Positions 18,545 through 26,302 of a stretch of 64,000 nucleotides of DNA are shown here, piece after piece. Source of the DNA: an uncultured Chloroflexia bacterium (lineage in GTDB: Bacteria; Chloroflexota; Limnocylindria; Limnocylindrales; CSP1-4); contig CAWEYL010000001.1 of NCBI GenBank assembly GCA_963813335.1, positions 617,568 to 681,567 on the forward strand, written 5' to 3'. The notes beneath the pieces were generated by a model. It was given only the letters and a program-made list of their open reading frames with translations. It did not search any database and had not been told where the DNA came from. The position numbers and the translations under genes were made by a program. Within the stretch, counting starts at the first letter, position 1. Every line of letters starts with the position of its first letter.

Positions 18545-19441
18545 ATGAGTGACAAAGCACGGAGTAGCTCGATCGTGCGCGAAGCCCCATCGCCGTCATC
18601 GTCGGTGCTGTTTGATTCCGATTGGCCCGCGGGCATCGGCAGCATCGCGTTCGCCCTGACGCACCATCGGGTCCCCGATCAGCGCTACGGTCCGAACACG
18701 GCGGCGGTCATCTACTTCCTGCGTGCGGATGTGATGGCGGCGACCGAGGCGAGTGTGCAGCGCATCACCGCGAGCGCGGTCACCGACCCTCAGCACCTTG
18801 CCCGTCACGAGGCCAAGCTCCTGAGCACTGCCCGAAGGGCCGGCCTCGAGGACGCTGCGCGGCACGCCTTTAGCGACGGCGCCCAGCTCGCTCTCAGCTC
18901 GATCAACTTCGGCATGAACGAGCAGGACCAATTCTTCGTTTCGAGGCCAGACGGGCTCGAGGAGACCTTCGCGTGGGCGGCCGGGCTCGCCGCCACGGCC
19001 ACGGCGCTCGATCCAGCCCTGTCGCCCTCGATCGCGGCCGGCATTCGCGACCCTTGGCTGCTCGCTTCGGCCGCGACGCTGCGGGTCGCTAACACCAACG
19101 ACGAGCAATGGGGTGCAGGCGGTGAGCCGCTGGGACCGCCAGCGCGGTTGGCCCGATGCGGGCGATGTGGGGAGCCGCCCGCCGGCTATCAGGCCACGCG
19201 CGCAGGCGGTCCGTTCCCCCTCTGCAAGAGACACCTTGAGCAGGAGGCCGCGTCCTGGGCGGATCACCCGGACGGTCGTGCGCCGATCCTCGCTCGGTAC
19301 TGGGCCGAGCCGGGCGAGATCCCGTGCCAGTGCGAGTGTGGCTGCACTCGTGCCGACGGCGATACCCTCATGGATCCCCGCTATGGCCTCCCGTTCCGCT
19401 GCGCCTCGTGCAGCCGCGACCAGCACCCAGAGCCGGGGTAG
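18545..19441 (+). CDS. hypothetical protein with a Cys-rich (zinc-ribbon-like) C-terminus
   Basis: 298-aa ORF in a lower-GC islet. Nine Cys in the last ~100 aa are arranged CxxC, C, CxCxCxC, CxxC. The start is uncertain (ATG 18545 or GTG 18575). I recognise no family. Confidence 0.55.
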   Translation: MSDKARSSSIVREAPSPSSSVLFDSDWPAGIGSIAFALTHHRVPDQRYGPNTAAVIYFLRADVMAATEASVQRITASAVTDPQHLARHEAKLLSTARRAGLEDAARHAFSDGAQLALSSINFGMNEQDQFFVSRPDGLEETFAWAAGLAATATALDPALSPSIAAGIRDPWLLASAATLRVANTNDEQWGAGGEPLGPPARLARCGRCGEPPAGYQATRAGGPFPLCKRHLEQEAASWADHPDGRAPILARYWAEPGEIPCQCECGCTRADGDTLMDPRYGLPFRCASCSRDQHPEPG

Positions 19442-19584
19442 CGTTGGCCCGTCCCGAGTCCCGACCCGTTCTTCATGTCCGGACTTGGTGTCCATCGGCA
19501 CTTGCCGGGAGACGTCGAGCCGACGACGCTAAGCAGTTGCGGGCGGACCTGCGAATTCGCCCGTGGACGAGGAGGCATGGATCC

Positions 19585-19908
19585 ATGGAGTACGACCTTG
19601 GATCGCAGGGCCTGGCGCTGCTGATCGTCCCGGCCCTTCTCTTTGGCTTGCTGGCACAACTCGTCGTCTGGCGGAGTGCCACGCATTGGATGTGGCTGAT
19701 CGGGACTGCTGCGTGGTTCCTGGGCGGCCTGTTCGCGAGCGAGGTCCTCTACGGCTCCGAAACGACCGAGGAGAACTTCCAGCCACTGATCGACGGGCTG
19801 CTCTGGGATGAGGCGCTGCTCGGCGGACTGGTGGCCGGCCTGGTCGCGGTCATCGTGACCTGGTTCGCGACGAGGCACCACGTGACGGAGCCGATGCCGG
19901 CCCACTGA
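19585..19908 (+). CDS. hypothetical small membrane protein (107 aa, 3 predicted TM helices)
   Basis: ATG preceded by GGAGG at 19571-19575. Hydrophobic segments LALLIVPALLFGLLAQLVVW, WMWLIGTAAWFLGGLF and LLGGLVAGLVAVIVTWF. Confidence 0.55.
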   Translation: MEYDLGSQGLALLIVPALLFGLLAQLVVWRSATHWMWLIGTAAWFLGGLFASEVLYGSETTEENFQPLIDGLLWDEALLGGLVAGLVAVIVTWFATRHHVTEPMPAH

Positions 19909-19954
19909 CGACGCAAGACCGCCCGACGCCAAGGATGGGTACATCCTTCCTGCC

Positions 19955-20218
19955 ATGCGACAGAAGACCCGCCTCAGCCTCCGGTCTGAGAGACCGATCA
20001 AGGACGATCCCTCGCCGATCGACCTGGGTGACACGGCGCGCCAGATCGGCCTGTTCGAGACGGGGAACGGCTGGCAGCACAGCATCTTCGGCATCCTGCT
20101 CGCGTTGATCGTCGCCTTGCTGTGGCTGCCGATACGCGCGTTCCTGCGCTCCGGGTGGCGGGACGGCGCCGAGCCACCGGCGAGACCGACCCGGGAGAAA
20201 GGGGAAGACCGTGGATAG
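19955..20218 (+). CDS. hypothetical small protein with one TM helix (87 aa)
   Basis: ORF with the hydrophobic core IFGILLALIVALLWLPI. It overlaps the next ORF by 8 nt. Confidence 0.4.
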   Translation: MRQKTRLSLRSERPIKDDPSPIDLGDTARQIGLFETGNGWQHSIFGILLALIVALLWLPIRAFLRSGWRDGAEPPARPTREKGEDRG

Positions 20219-20432
20219 GCTGCGGAGCATCGATGTCGGAGCGATCCTCCTCGGGCTGCTGGTCCTCGGGGTGGGGATCTACTACACGCTCGTGAACGTG
20301 TTCGGCCTCCAGCTGGCTGAGCTGGACTGGGACATGATCTGGCCGCTTGCCGTGATCGCGCTCGGGATCGGCATCCTCTGGGGTGCCTGGAGTCGGATGA
20401 CCCCGCGCGGGCACGGACCGACCGGCACCTGA
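20211..20432 (+). CDS. hypothetical two-TM membrane protein, LiaF/DUF5668-like (tentative)
   Basis: GTG start after a GGGAGAAAGGGGA purine tract. Two hydrophobic helices flank the sequence LAELDWDMIWP. Confidence 0.5.
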   Translation: MDRLRSIDVGAILLGLLVLGVGIYYTLVNVFGLQLAELDWDMIWPLAVIALGIGILWGAWSRMTPRGHGPTGT

Positions 20433-20509
20433 TCGAGCGAGGTCAGTCGCCCACTGGCCGCGGCGCGACAGGCCCGCGGTCCGTCTGGCCGAGCCCGTGA
20501 GGCGGGCGC

Positions 20510-20515
20510 TACCCT
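20510..20515 (+). promoter_or_regulatory. candidate -10 box (GCGCTACCCT context) placed 8 nt before the first base of tRNA-Leu(UAA)
   Basis: Same GCGCTAnnnT variant as upstream of ffh and rlmN. The spacing equals that at the leaderless def start. Confidence 0.35.
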
Positions 20516-20523
20516 TGCCTGGC

Positions 20524-20610
20524 ACCGGAGTGGCGGAACGGCAGACGCAGCGGTCTTAAACACCGCGGCCCGCAAGGGCGTCCGAGTTCGAAATCTCGGC
20601 TCCGGTACCA
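20524..20610 (+). tRNA. tRNA-Leu(UAA) with an A1-U72 pair and an 8-nt T loop
   Basis: Class II cloverleaf, anticodon loop CTTAAAC, T loop TTCGAAAT (one extra A), encoded CCA. Confidence 0.8.
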
Positions 20611-20627
20611 GGCGGACAGACATGACG

Positions 20628-20665
20628 AAGCCCGCCGAGGAGGTCATTCGTCCCTCGGCGGGCTT
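20628..20665 (+). terminator. strong hairpin after tRNA-Leu(UAA)
   Basis: Perfect 13-bp stem AAGCCCGCCGAGG/CCTCGGCGGGCTT with a 12-nt loop. The U-tract is weak. Confidence 0.5.
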
Positions 20666-20922
20666 TGGTCCGGACCGCCCCCGATGCCGCTTGCGCGGAA
20701 CCTCGATCCGTGCCTCGAATGGTTCCACAGCCGGACGCCGCCGGAAGCCGACGATGGTCCCGGTAGTGCCAGACCATCGGATCGGGCGCTGTTATGCATC
20801 TGTAATGCGCTGCCGCGGCGGCGCTGCGCCGACGTAACGCGGCGGGCCGGCGCCTCGCTACCATTGGCTCCGGCGAGCGGCCCGTCGCGCGTGACGGGGC
20901 ACTTGACCGCAAGGGTGACGCC

Positions 20923-21108
20923 ATGGGCGAGTCCACCGAGGCGCGTGCCCGCGACCTCGAGCTGGAGAGCTGGAACGACGACGTCCGGACGCTCCGCGAG
21001 CTGCACGAGCGACGGAGCCGGACGCCGCGCGACGATCCCGAATGGGACGAGCTCCAACGCCAGGAGCAAGCGCTCCGCCTGAAGATCCGGGGCTGGGTCA
21101 CCGGCTGA
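20923..21108 (+). CDS. hypothetical 61-aa charged, probably helical protein
   Basis: ORF with host-like third-position GC. No RBS or family recognised. Confidence 0.4.
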   Translation: MGESTEARARDLELESWNDDVRTLRELHERRSRTPRDDPEWDELQRQEQALRLKIRGWVTG

Positions 21109-21315
21109 CGGCCGGTCATCGTCCCGCCCGGCGCGCGACCACGGCCGCGGTGGTGCGTGCCCGCCACAGACCCAGGTCCGGCCCGGGACGAACGTTCGGA
21201 CCATGGCGCGGGCACCTGCCGCGGCCCGACTGTCGGGTCGGCCCCAGGGTGCTCTTTCGGGGAAGGTCCAACGGAGCACCTGGGGGCCGCCAAACCCCGC
21301 CCGGCGCAGCCCGGG

Positions 21316-22539
21316 TCAGGCCCGGCGGCGAAGCCCGAACCGGCCCGACCGGCGTTCTGGCCCTGCGTCTGGGACGGTGTAGCCGTCCTCGCCGAAGGCG
21401 CTCATGCTCAGCTTGTTCAGCCGGTCCGCGGCCGCCGACTTCGGCGCCCCGATGACGACCGGGATGCCCTCGTTCACGGCCTTCAGGTAGAGGAACGGGT
21501 CGTACGGCAGCTCCGCGCCGACCTTCGAGCCCAGCGCGCTCTCGACGTCGCGCGGCTTGAGGATGTCCCTGGCGAAGACGTTGTTGAGGATGAAGGTCGA
21601 CTTCTGGGTGATCGAGCCGACATCGTTGAAGTAGTCGATCAGGTTGTGGACGGCCCGGAGCGCGGCGACCTCCGGGTAGACCGGCAGCATCACCGCCTCC
21701 GCGGCCTCGAGCGCGGTCATCGACCGCTCGTCGAGTACCGCGCCCGCGTCGACCACGACGTAGTCGTAGCCCTCGAGGAGATTCTTGAGGATCCGGGCGA
21801 CGTGGTCGGGGGTGACCAGGTCCGCGCCCTCGGGCGTGCCGGGCGCGGCCAGCACGTGCAGCCCGGAGTCGTGGCGGATGGCGTAGGGCCGCATGATCTC
21901 CGGCTCGCGCATGGCGATCTCGTCGCGGACGAGGTCGGCCAGGGTGCCGCGCGTCTCCAGGTTGAGGTGGCTCGAGACGCCCCCGAACTGCAGGGCGAGG
22001 TCGACCAGGACCACCTTGTCGGGCCGGCGCAATGCCGCGGAGACCGCGATGTTGGTCGCGATCGTGGTGGTCCCGACGCCGCCCTTGGGGCTGAAGACCG
22101 CGATGGTCCGACGGGCGCGGGCCATCGTCAGGCCATCGGCGGAGTAGACCGGGCTGAGGCCGCCCGAGCGCTGGAAGCGGAGCAGCAAGGCCTCGACCCG
22201 GGCCTCCAGCTCGCGGCCGTCGAAGGGCTTGGCCATGACGTCGTCGGCACCGGCCACCAGGAAGGCGATCCGCTCGTCGACGTCGTCGGTCTGGCTGACG
22301 CAGACGATCGGGACCTCGCTCATCGCCGGCGTCGCCCGCATCCCCTCGCAGACCTCGATCGGCGTCATCGGGCCGGTGACGAGGTCGATGATGACGAGCT
22401 GGTGGTCCGAGGCCCGGGCGATCGCGTCGGCCGGGTCGGCGGTGACGGTGACGGTGTAGCCGACGCTCGTCAGGGTCGCCGAGATGGCCTCGGCCGACGC
22501 CGTGTCGGCATCGAGCAGGAAGATGGAGCTGGCGGGCAC
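21316..22539 (-). CDS. response-regulator receiver domain fused to a CpaE/TadZ/MinD-type ParA-family ATPase
   Basis: REC signature residues are present (LLDAD, VIIDL, CVSQ, AKPF). Deviant Walker A SPKGGVGTTT. GTG 22539 follows GGAGG, and the ORF stays open upstream to 22659. Confidence 0.8.
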   Translation of the reverse strand: MPASSIFLLDADTASAEAISATLTSVGYTVTVTADPADAIARASDHQLVIIDLVTGPMTPIEVCEGMRATPAMSEVPIVCVSQTDDVDERIAFLVAGADDVMAKPFDGRELEARVEALLLRFQRSGGLSPVYSADGLTMARARRTIAVFSPKGGVGTTTIATNIAVSAALRRPDKVVLVDLALQFGGVSSHLNLETRGTLADLVRDEIAMREPEIMRPYAIRHDSGLHVLAAPGTPEGADLVTPDHVARILKNLLEGYDYVVVDAGAVLDERSMTALEAAEAVMLPVYPEVAALRAVHNLIDYFNDVGSITQKSTFILNNVFARDILKPRDVESALGSKVGAELPYDPFLYLKAVNEGIPVVIGAPKSAAADRLNKLSMSAFGEDGYTVPDAGPERRSGRFGLRRRA

Positions 22540-22660
22540 GGAGCCTCCGGGAGCTGGATCGCAACGCGCGTCTTGGGGGGTGGCCAAGAGCATACAACGG
22601 CCCGGCGGGACGCCGGCGATCCGCCGCCGGACCATGTCCGCGGGGTGGCGCGGGACCACG

Positions 22661-22669
22661 TGCTAGACT
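22661..22669 (+). promoter_or_regulatory. candidate extended -10 promoter (TGCTAGACT) for rpsF-ssb-rpsR
   Basis: TGnTAnnnT motif 76 nt before the rpsF ATG. Confidence 0.4.
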
Positions 22670-22745
22670 TCCCGCTCTGATCCTTTCTGCTCCGTGCCGG
22701 CGCGCCGTCAACGGGGCTTCCCCATCGGAAGGAGTTGCTGCGCGT

Positions 22746-23183
22746 ATGCGCCGATATGAACTGATGCTCGTGGTCCGCCCCGACGTCGCGGACGACAAGA
22801 GCCAGGCGGTCATCGACCGCACCACCCGCCAGATCGTGGCCGCCGGTGGCCAGATCGTGAAGGTCGCCCCGTGGGGCCGCCGTCGGCTGGCCTATCCCAT
22901 CGACCGACACCGCGAGGGGTCGTACCACATCGTCCTGTTCGAGGCGCCCCCGGAGGCGATCACGGAGCTCGAGCACAGCCTCCTGATCACCGAGGAGGTC
23001 CTCCGCCATCTCGTGACCCGCGCCGACCGGCCGACCAAGCCTGGCCGACCCGACGACGAGGGCGACATCGATGTCGACGACGAGTCGATGCTCCCGTCCG
23101 GCGAGGACGAGGATGACGAGGACGACATCCCCGAGCTCATCGACGAATCCGAGAGCGAGGCGGCCCCGGCCGCCATCGATTGA
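22746..23183 (+). CDS. rpsF: 30S ribosomal protein S6 with an acidic C-terminal tail
   Basis: MRRYELMLVVRPD...WGRRRLAYPI. GGAAGGAG RBS. Confidence 0.95.
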   Translation: MRRYELMLVVRPDVADDKSQAVIDRTTRQIVAAGGQIVKVAPWGRRRLAYPIDRHREGSYHIVLFEAPPEAITELEHSLLITEEVLRHLVTRADRPTKPGRPDDEGDIDVDDESMLPSGEDEDDEDDIPELIDESESEAAPAAID

Positions 23184-23195
23184 CGGAGGCCCACG

Positions 23196-23645
23196 ATGGC
23201 GTTCTGCAAGATCATGCTCATCGGCAATCTGGGTCGTGACCCGGAGATGCGCTACACGCCGAACGGCCGGCCGGTGACGCAGTTCAGCGTCGCGGTCAGC
23301 AACAGCAAGCCCGACGGCCAGGGCGGCTGGGTCGACGAGGGCACCGACTGGTACCGCGTCAGCATCTTCGGCGACCGCGCCGAGCGTGCGGCCGAGCAGC
23401 TCCGCAAGGGCAACCGCGTGTTCGTCGAGGGTCGCTTCAAGACCCGCGAGTTCGAGGGCAACGACGGCCAGAAGCGCACGTCGCTCGACGTGACCGCCGA
23501 CAACGTCATCAGCCTCGACCGCAAGGGCCGCGACGACGACGCCGCATTCGCCGGCGTCCCGACCGCCGGCTCGGCCGTGCCCTCGGGCGGTGGATCGAGC
23601 CGCCCGCCCGCCGACGACACCGACCTCGACGACCTCCCGTTCTGA
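23196..23645 (+). CDS. ssb: single-stranded DNA-binding protein
   Basis: OB-fold N-terminus LIGNLGRDPEMRYTPNG and C-terminal DDLPF tip. Confidence 0.95.
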   Translation: MAFCKIMLIGNLGRDPEMRYTPNGRPVTQFSVAVSNSKPDGQGGWVDEGTDWYRVSIFGDRAERAAEQLRKGNRVFVEGRFKTREFEGNDGQKRTSLDVTADNVISLDRKGRDDDAAFAGVPTAGSAVPSGGGSSRPPADDTDLDDLPF

Positions 23646-23663
23646 CCAGGAGACCCACGACCC

Positions 23664-23930
23664 ATGCCTCCCGTCCGTTCCAAGAAGCGCGATGACTTCT
23701 ATCGCGACCGCCGTCGACGCAAGGTCTGCGCGTTCTGCGCCGACAAGACCGCGCAGATCGACTACAAGGAGGTCAACCGCCTCCGCCGCTACCTCTCCGA
23801 GCGGGCCAAGATCGAGCCGCGCCGCAAGACCGGCACCTGCGCCGGCCACCAGCGCGAGCTGGCGGTCGCCCTCAAGCGAGCCCGCCACGTCGCCCTGCTG
23901 CCGTACGCGCCCCAGCACCTCCGACCCTGA
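23664..23930 (+). CDS. rpsR: 30S ribosomal protein S18
   Basis: Motif [29 protein letters not shown]. Confidence 0.95.
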   Translation: MPPVRSKKRDDFYRDRRRRKVCAFCADKTAQIDYKEVNRLRRYLSERAKIEPRRKTGTCAGHQRELAVALKRARHVALLPYAPQHLRP

Positions 23931-23985
23931 TCGGCGTTGCTGACCGGACCGGCCGGCGCACCGCCCGCCAGCGACAGCTTCTGAG

Positions 23986-24816
23986 GTGGTCGTCGGCCTG
24001 TTGATGGTCGGCGGGGGAGCCGCGGCCGGACTCTTCGGCTCACTCCTCGGCCTGGGCGGCGGCGTGCTGCTCGTGCCGCTGCTCACGCTCGGCTTCGGGC
24101 TGCCGCTGCGCGAGGCCGTCGGCGTCTCGCTGGTCGCGGTCATCATGACCAGCGGCGCGGCCGCGGGCGTCTACCTCGAGCGGCACATCGCGAACCTGCG
24201 GCTGGGAATGTCGCTGGAGCTGTTCACCGCCATCGGCGCGCTCATCGGCGGGACCATCGCGTTCGCCCTCGACGTCCGGTTGCTCGAGGCCCTGTTCGCG
24301 GGCCTGATGGTGTACGTCGCGATCACGATGCTCCGGCGCGGCGTAAGCGACGAGGCACCGCCAGAGCCGCTCGACGATGGCGCGGCCCCGCTCGAGCCGG
24401 CTGGCCGCCGCGGGTCGGTGCTCGAGCGGCTCTCCGGGGAGGGCTACCGGGTGCGCCGGCTGGGCCTCGGGGTGGTCGGGGCGACCTTCGCCGGGATCGT
24501 CTCGGCACTCCTCGGGATCGGCGGCGGGATCGTCAAGGTGCCGCTCATGAACGTCGGGATGGGGGTGCCGCTGCGCATCGCCACCGCCACCAGCAACCTG
24601 ATGATCGGCATCACCGCCGCGGCCAGCGCGATCATCTACTTGCTTCACGGCGGCATCGACCCATACGTCGCGGCCCCGACCGCGATCGGGGTCTTCGTGG
24701 GGGCGACCGTCGGCTCGCGCGTGGGCCACCGCATCGACCTGCGGGTCCTGCGCTGGCTGTTCGTGATCGTCCTGCTCTACACGGCGTTCGAGATGCTCCA
24801 GAAGGCCCTCTCGTGA
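23986..24816 (+). CDS. TauE/SafE (DUF81) family sulfite/anion exporter
   Basis: Multi-TM protein with LGLGGGVLLVPLL and LLGIGGGIVKVPLM repeats. The start is uncertain (GTG 23986 or ATG 24004). Confidence 0.8.
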   Translation: MVVGLLMVGGGAAAGLFGSLLGLGGGVLLVPLLTLGFGLPLREAVGVSLVAVIMTSGAAAGVYLERHIANLRLGMSLELFTAIGALIGGTIAFALDVRLLEALFAGLMVYVAITMLRRGVSDEAPPEPLDDGAAPLEPAGRRGSVLERLSGEGYRVRRLGLGVVGATFAGIVSALLGIGGGIVKVPLMNVGMGVPLRIATATSNLMIGITAAASAIIYLLHGGIDPYVAAPTAIGVFVGATVGSRVGHRIDLRVLRWLFVIVLLYTAFEMLQKALS

Positions 24817-25178
24817 GCGCCGCGCCGCACGGGCACGACTTCGAACGGGCCATCGGCCGGCTGCTGATCGTGATGACCTACGTCGCGGTCGCCCTGCTGA
24901 TCGTGGGCGTCGTCCTCATGCTGGCCGCCGGGACCTCGCCGCTGAGCGGCGGACCCGCGTTCCACCTCGCCGACGTCGTGCCCGATATCCTCGCCCTCCG
25001 GCCGGAAGGATTCATCTGGCTCGGGCTGCTCGTCGTCCTCTCGTCCCCCGTCGTCCGCGTCGTCGTCGCCGGGTTCGGGTACGGTCGGGATCGCGAATGG
25101 CCGATGGTCGGCGTCGCGATCGGGATCCTCGTCGTCATCGCCGTGGCGATCATCACCGCCTCGATCACGGAGATCTAG
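24813..25178 (+). CDS. DUF1634-like small membrane protein (usual partner of DUF81 exporters)
   Basis: 121-aa protein with 3-4 TM helices. GTGA overlap with the upstream gene. The family call is from memory. Confidence 0.6.
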   Translation: MSAAPHGHDFERAIGRLLIVMTYVAVALLIVGVVLMLAAGTSPLSGGPAFHLADVVPDILALRPEGFIWLGLLVVLSSPVVRVVVAGFGYGRDREWPMVGVAIGILVVIAVAIITASITEI

Positions 25179-25179
25179 A

Positions 25180-26226
25180 TTGGACCTGCTGACCCTGCTC
25201 GTCGCCTTCGTCATCATCCTCGCCGGGGCCGAGCTCTTCACCAACAGCATCGAGTGGTTCGGCCGCAAGCTCGAGCTCGCCGAGGGAGCGGTCGGGTCGG
25301 TCCTCGCGGCGGTGGGCACGGCGCTGCCGGAGACGATGATCCCGATCATCGCGATCCTCTTCGCGTCCGGCGCCTCGTCGCACGAGGTCGGGGTCGGGGC
25401 CATCCTGGGCGCGCCGTTCATGCTCGCCACCCTGGCCATGTTCGTGACCGGGGTCGCGGTCCTCGTCGTGGCGCGCCGGCGGACCACGAACGACGACATG
25501 CTGGTCGACACGCACGTCCTGTCGCACGACATCCGCTACTTCGTGATCGCGTACGCGCTGGCCATCGGCGCCGCCTTCCTGCCGCTGGAGCCGGTGTGGC
25601 TGAAGTGGATCGTGGCGGTCGTGCTGATCGGCATCTACGGCTGGTACGTCAAGGGCCATTTCGAGGCCGACCCCGATGTCGACGCCGCGGACCTGGCGCC
25701 GCTGCGCTTCCACCGGCTCGACCGGCGCGCCCACCGCACCGACCCGGCGGTCCCGCGCCTGCGCATCGTCAACGTCCAGGTGCTGTTCGCCCTCGGCCTG
25801 ATCGTGCTCGGGGCCGTCTTCTTCGTGGATTCGGTCGGGCACCTCGCGACGTCGCTCGGCGTCGACAGCGCCCTGCTCGCGCTGGTCATCGCCCCGATCG
25901 CGACCGAGCTCCCCGAGAAGTTCAACTCCGTGATCTGGGTGCGGGCCGGCAAGGACACCCTGGCGATGGGCAACATCACCGGCGCGATGGTGTTCCAGTC
26001 GACGATCCCGACGGTCGTGGCGCTGGTCTTCGCATCGAGCACGTGGCAGGTCACGCCCGACAGCTACATCGCGTTCGCGTCAGCCGGGATCGCGTTCCTG
26101 GCGGTCGCCGCGATCTTCATCCCGATGGCCCGCTCCGGGCGGCTGCGCGGCCGGAACCTGCTGGTCGGCGGCGCGTTCTACCTCGTCTACCTGGTCGTGG
26201 TCCTCGCCACCATCTCGGGCGCCTGA
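25180..26226 (+). CDS. Ca2+/cation antiporter (CaCA, sodium/calcium exchanger family)
   Basis: Two alpha-repeat motifs (GTALPETMIPI, ATELPEKF...GNITGAMVFQSTIP). TTG start. Confidence 0.8.
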   Translation: MDLLTLLVAFVIILAGAELFTNSIEWFGRKLELAEGAVGSVLAAVGTALPETMIPIIAILFASGASSHEVGVGAILGAPFMLATLAMFVTGVAVLVVARRRTTNDDMLVDTHVLSHDIRYFVIAYALAIGAAFLPLEPVWLKWIVAVVLIGIYGWYVKGHFEADPDVDAADLAPLRFHRLDRRAHRTDPAVPRLRIVNVQVLFALGLIVLGAVFFVDSVGHLATSLGVDSALLALVIAPIATELPEKFNSVIWVRAGKDTLAMGNITGAMVFQSTIPTVVALVFASSTWQVTPDSYIAFASAGIAFLAVAAIFIPMARSGRLRGRNLLVGGAFYLVYLVVVLATISGA

Positions 26227-26259
26227 GCGGGCCGGGCACGCGGACCTGACGGGGCCGCT

Positions 26260-26268
26260 TGCTATACT
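26260..26268 (+). promoter_or_regulatory. candidate extended -10 promoter (TGCTATACT) for ilvE
   Basis: TGnTAnnnT motif 34 nt before ATG 26303. Confidence 0.4.
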
Positions 26269-26302
26269 CGGCCGACCGCATCCGATGCAGGAGCCGACCC
26301 GC

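Noticed and set aside
18415-19588. A cluster of classical cloning sites (HindIII 18415, EcoRI 19553, BamHI 19579, NcoI 19583) suggesting vector contamination.
   Set aside because: No vector backbone features, polylinker order or abrupt junctions are present. The sites simply reflect the lower G+C of this islet.
21157-22680. A 507-aa + strand ORF overlapping the REC-ATPase gene.
   Set aside because: The minus-strand product has intact REC and Walker motifs and an RBS. The + strand translation has none.
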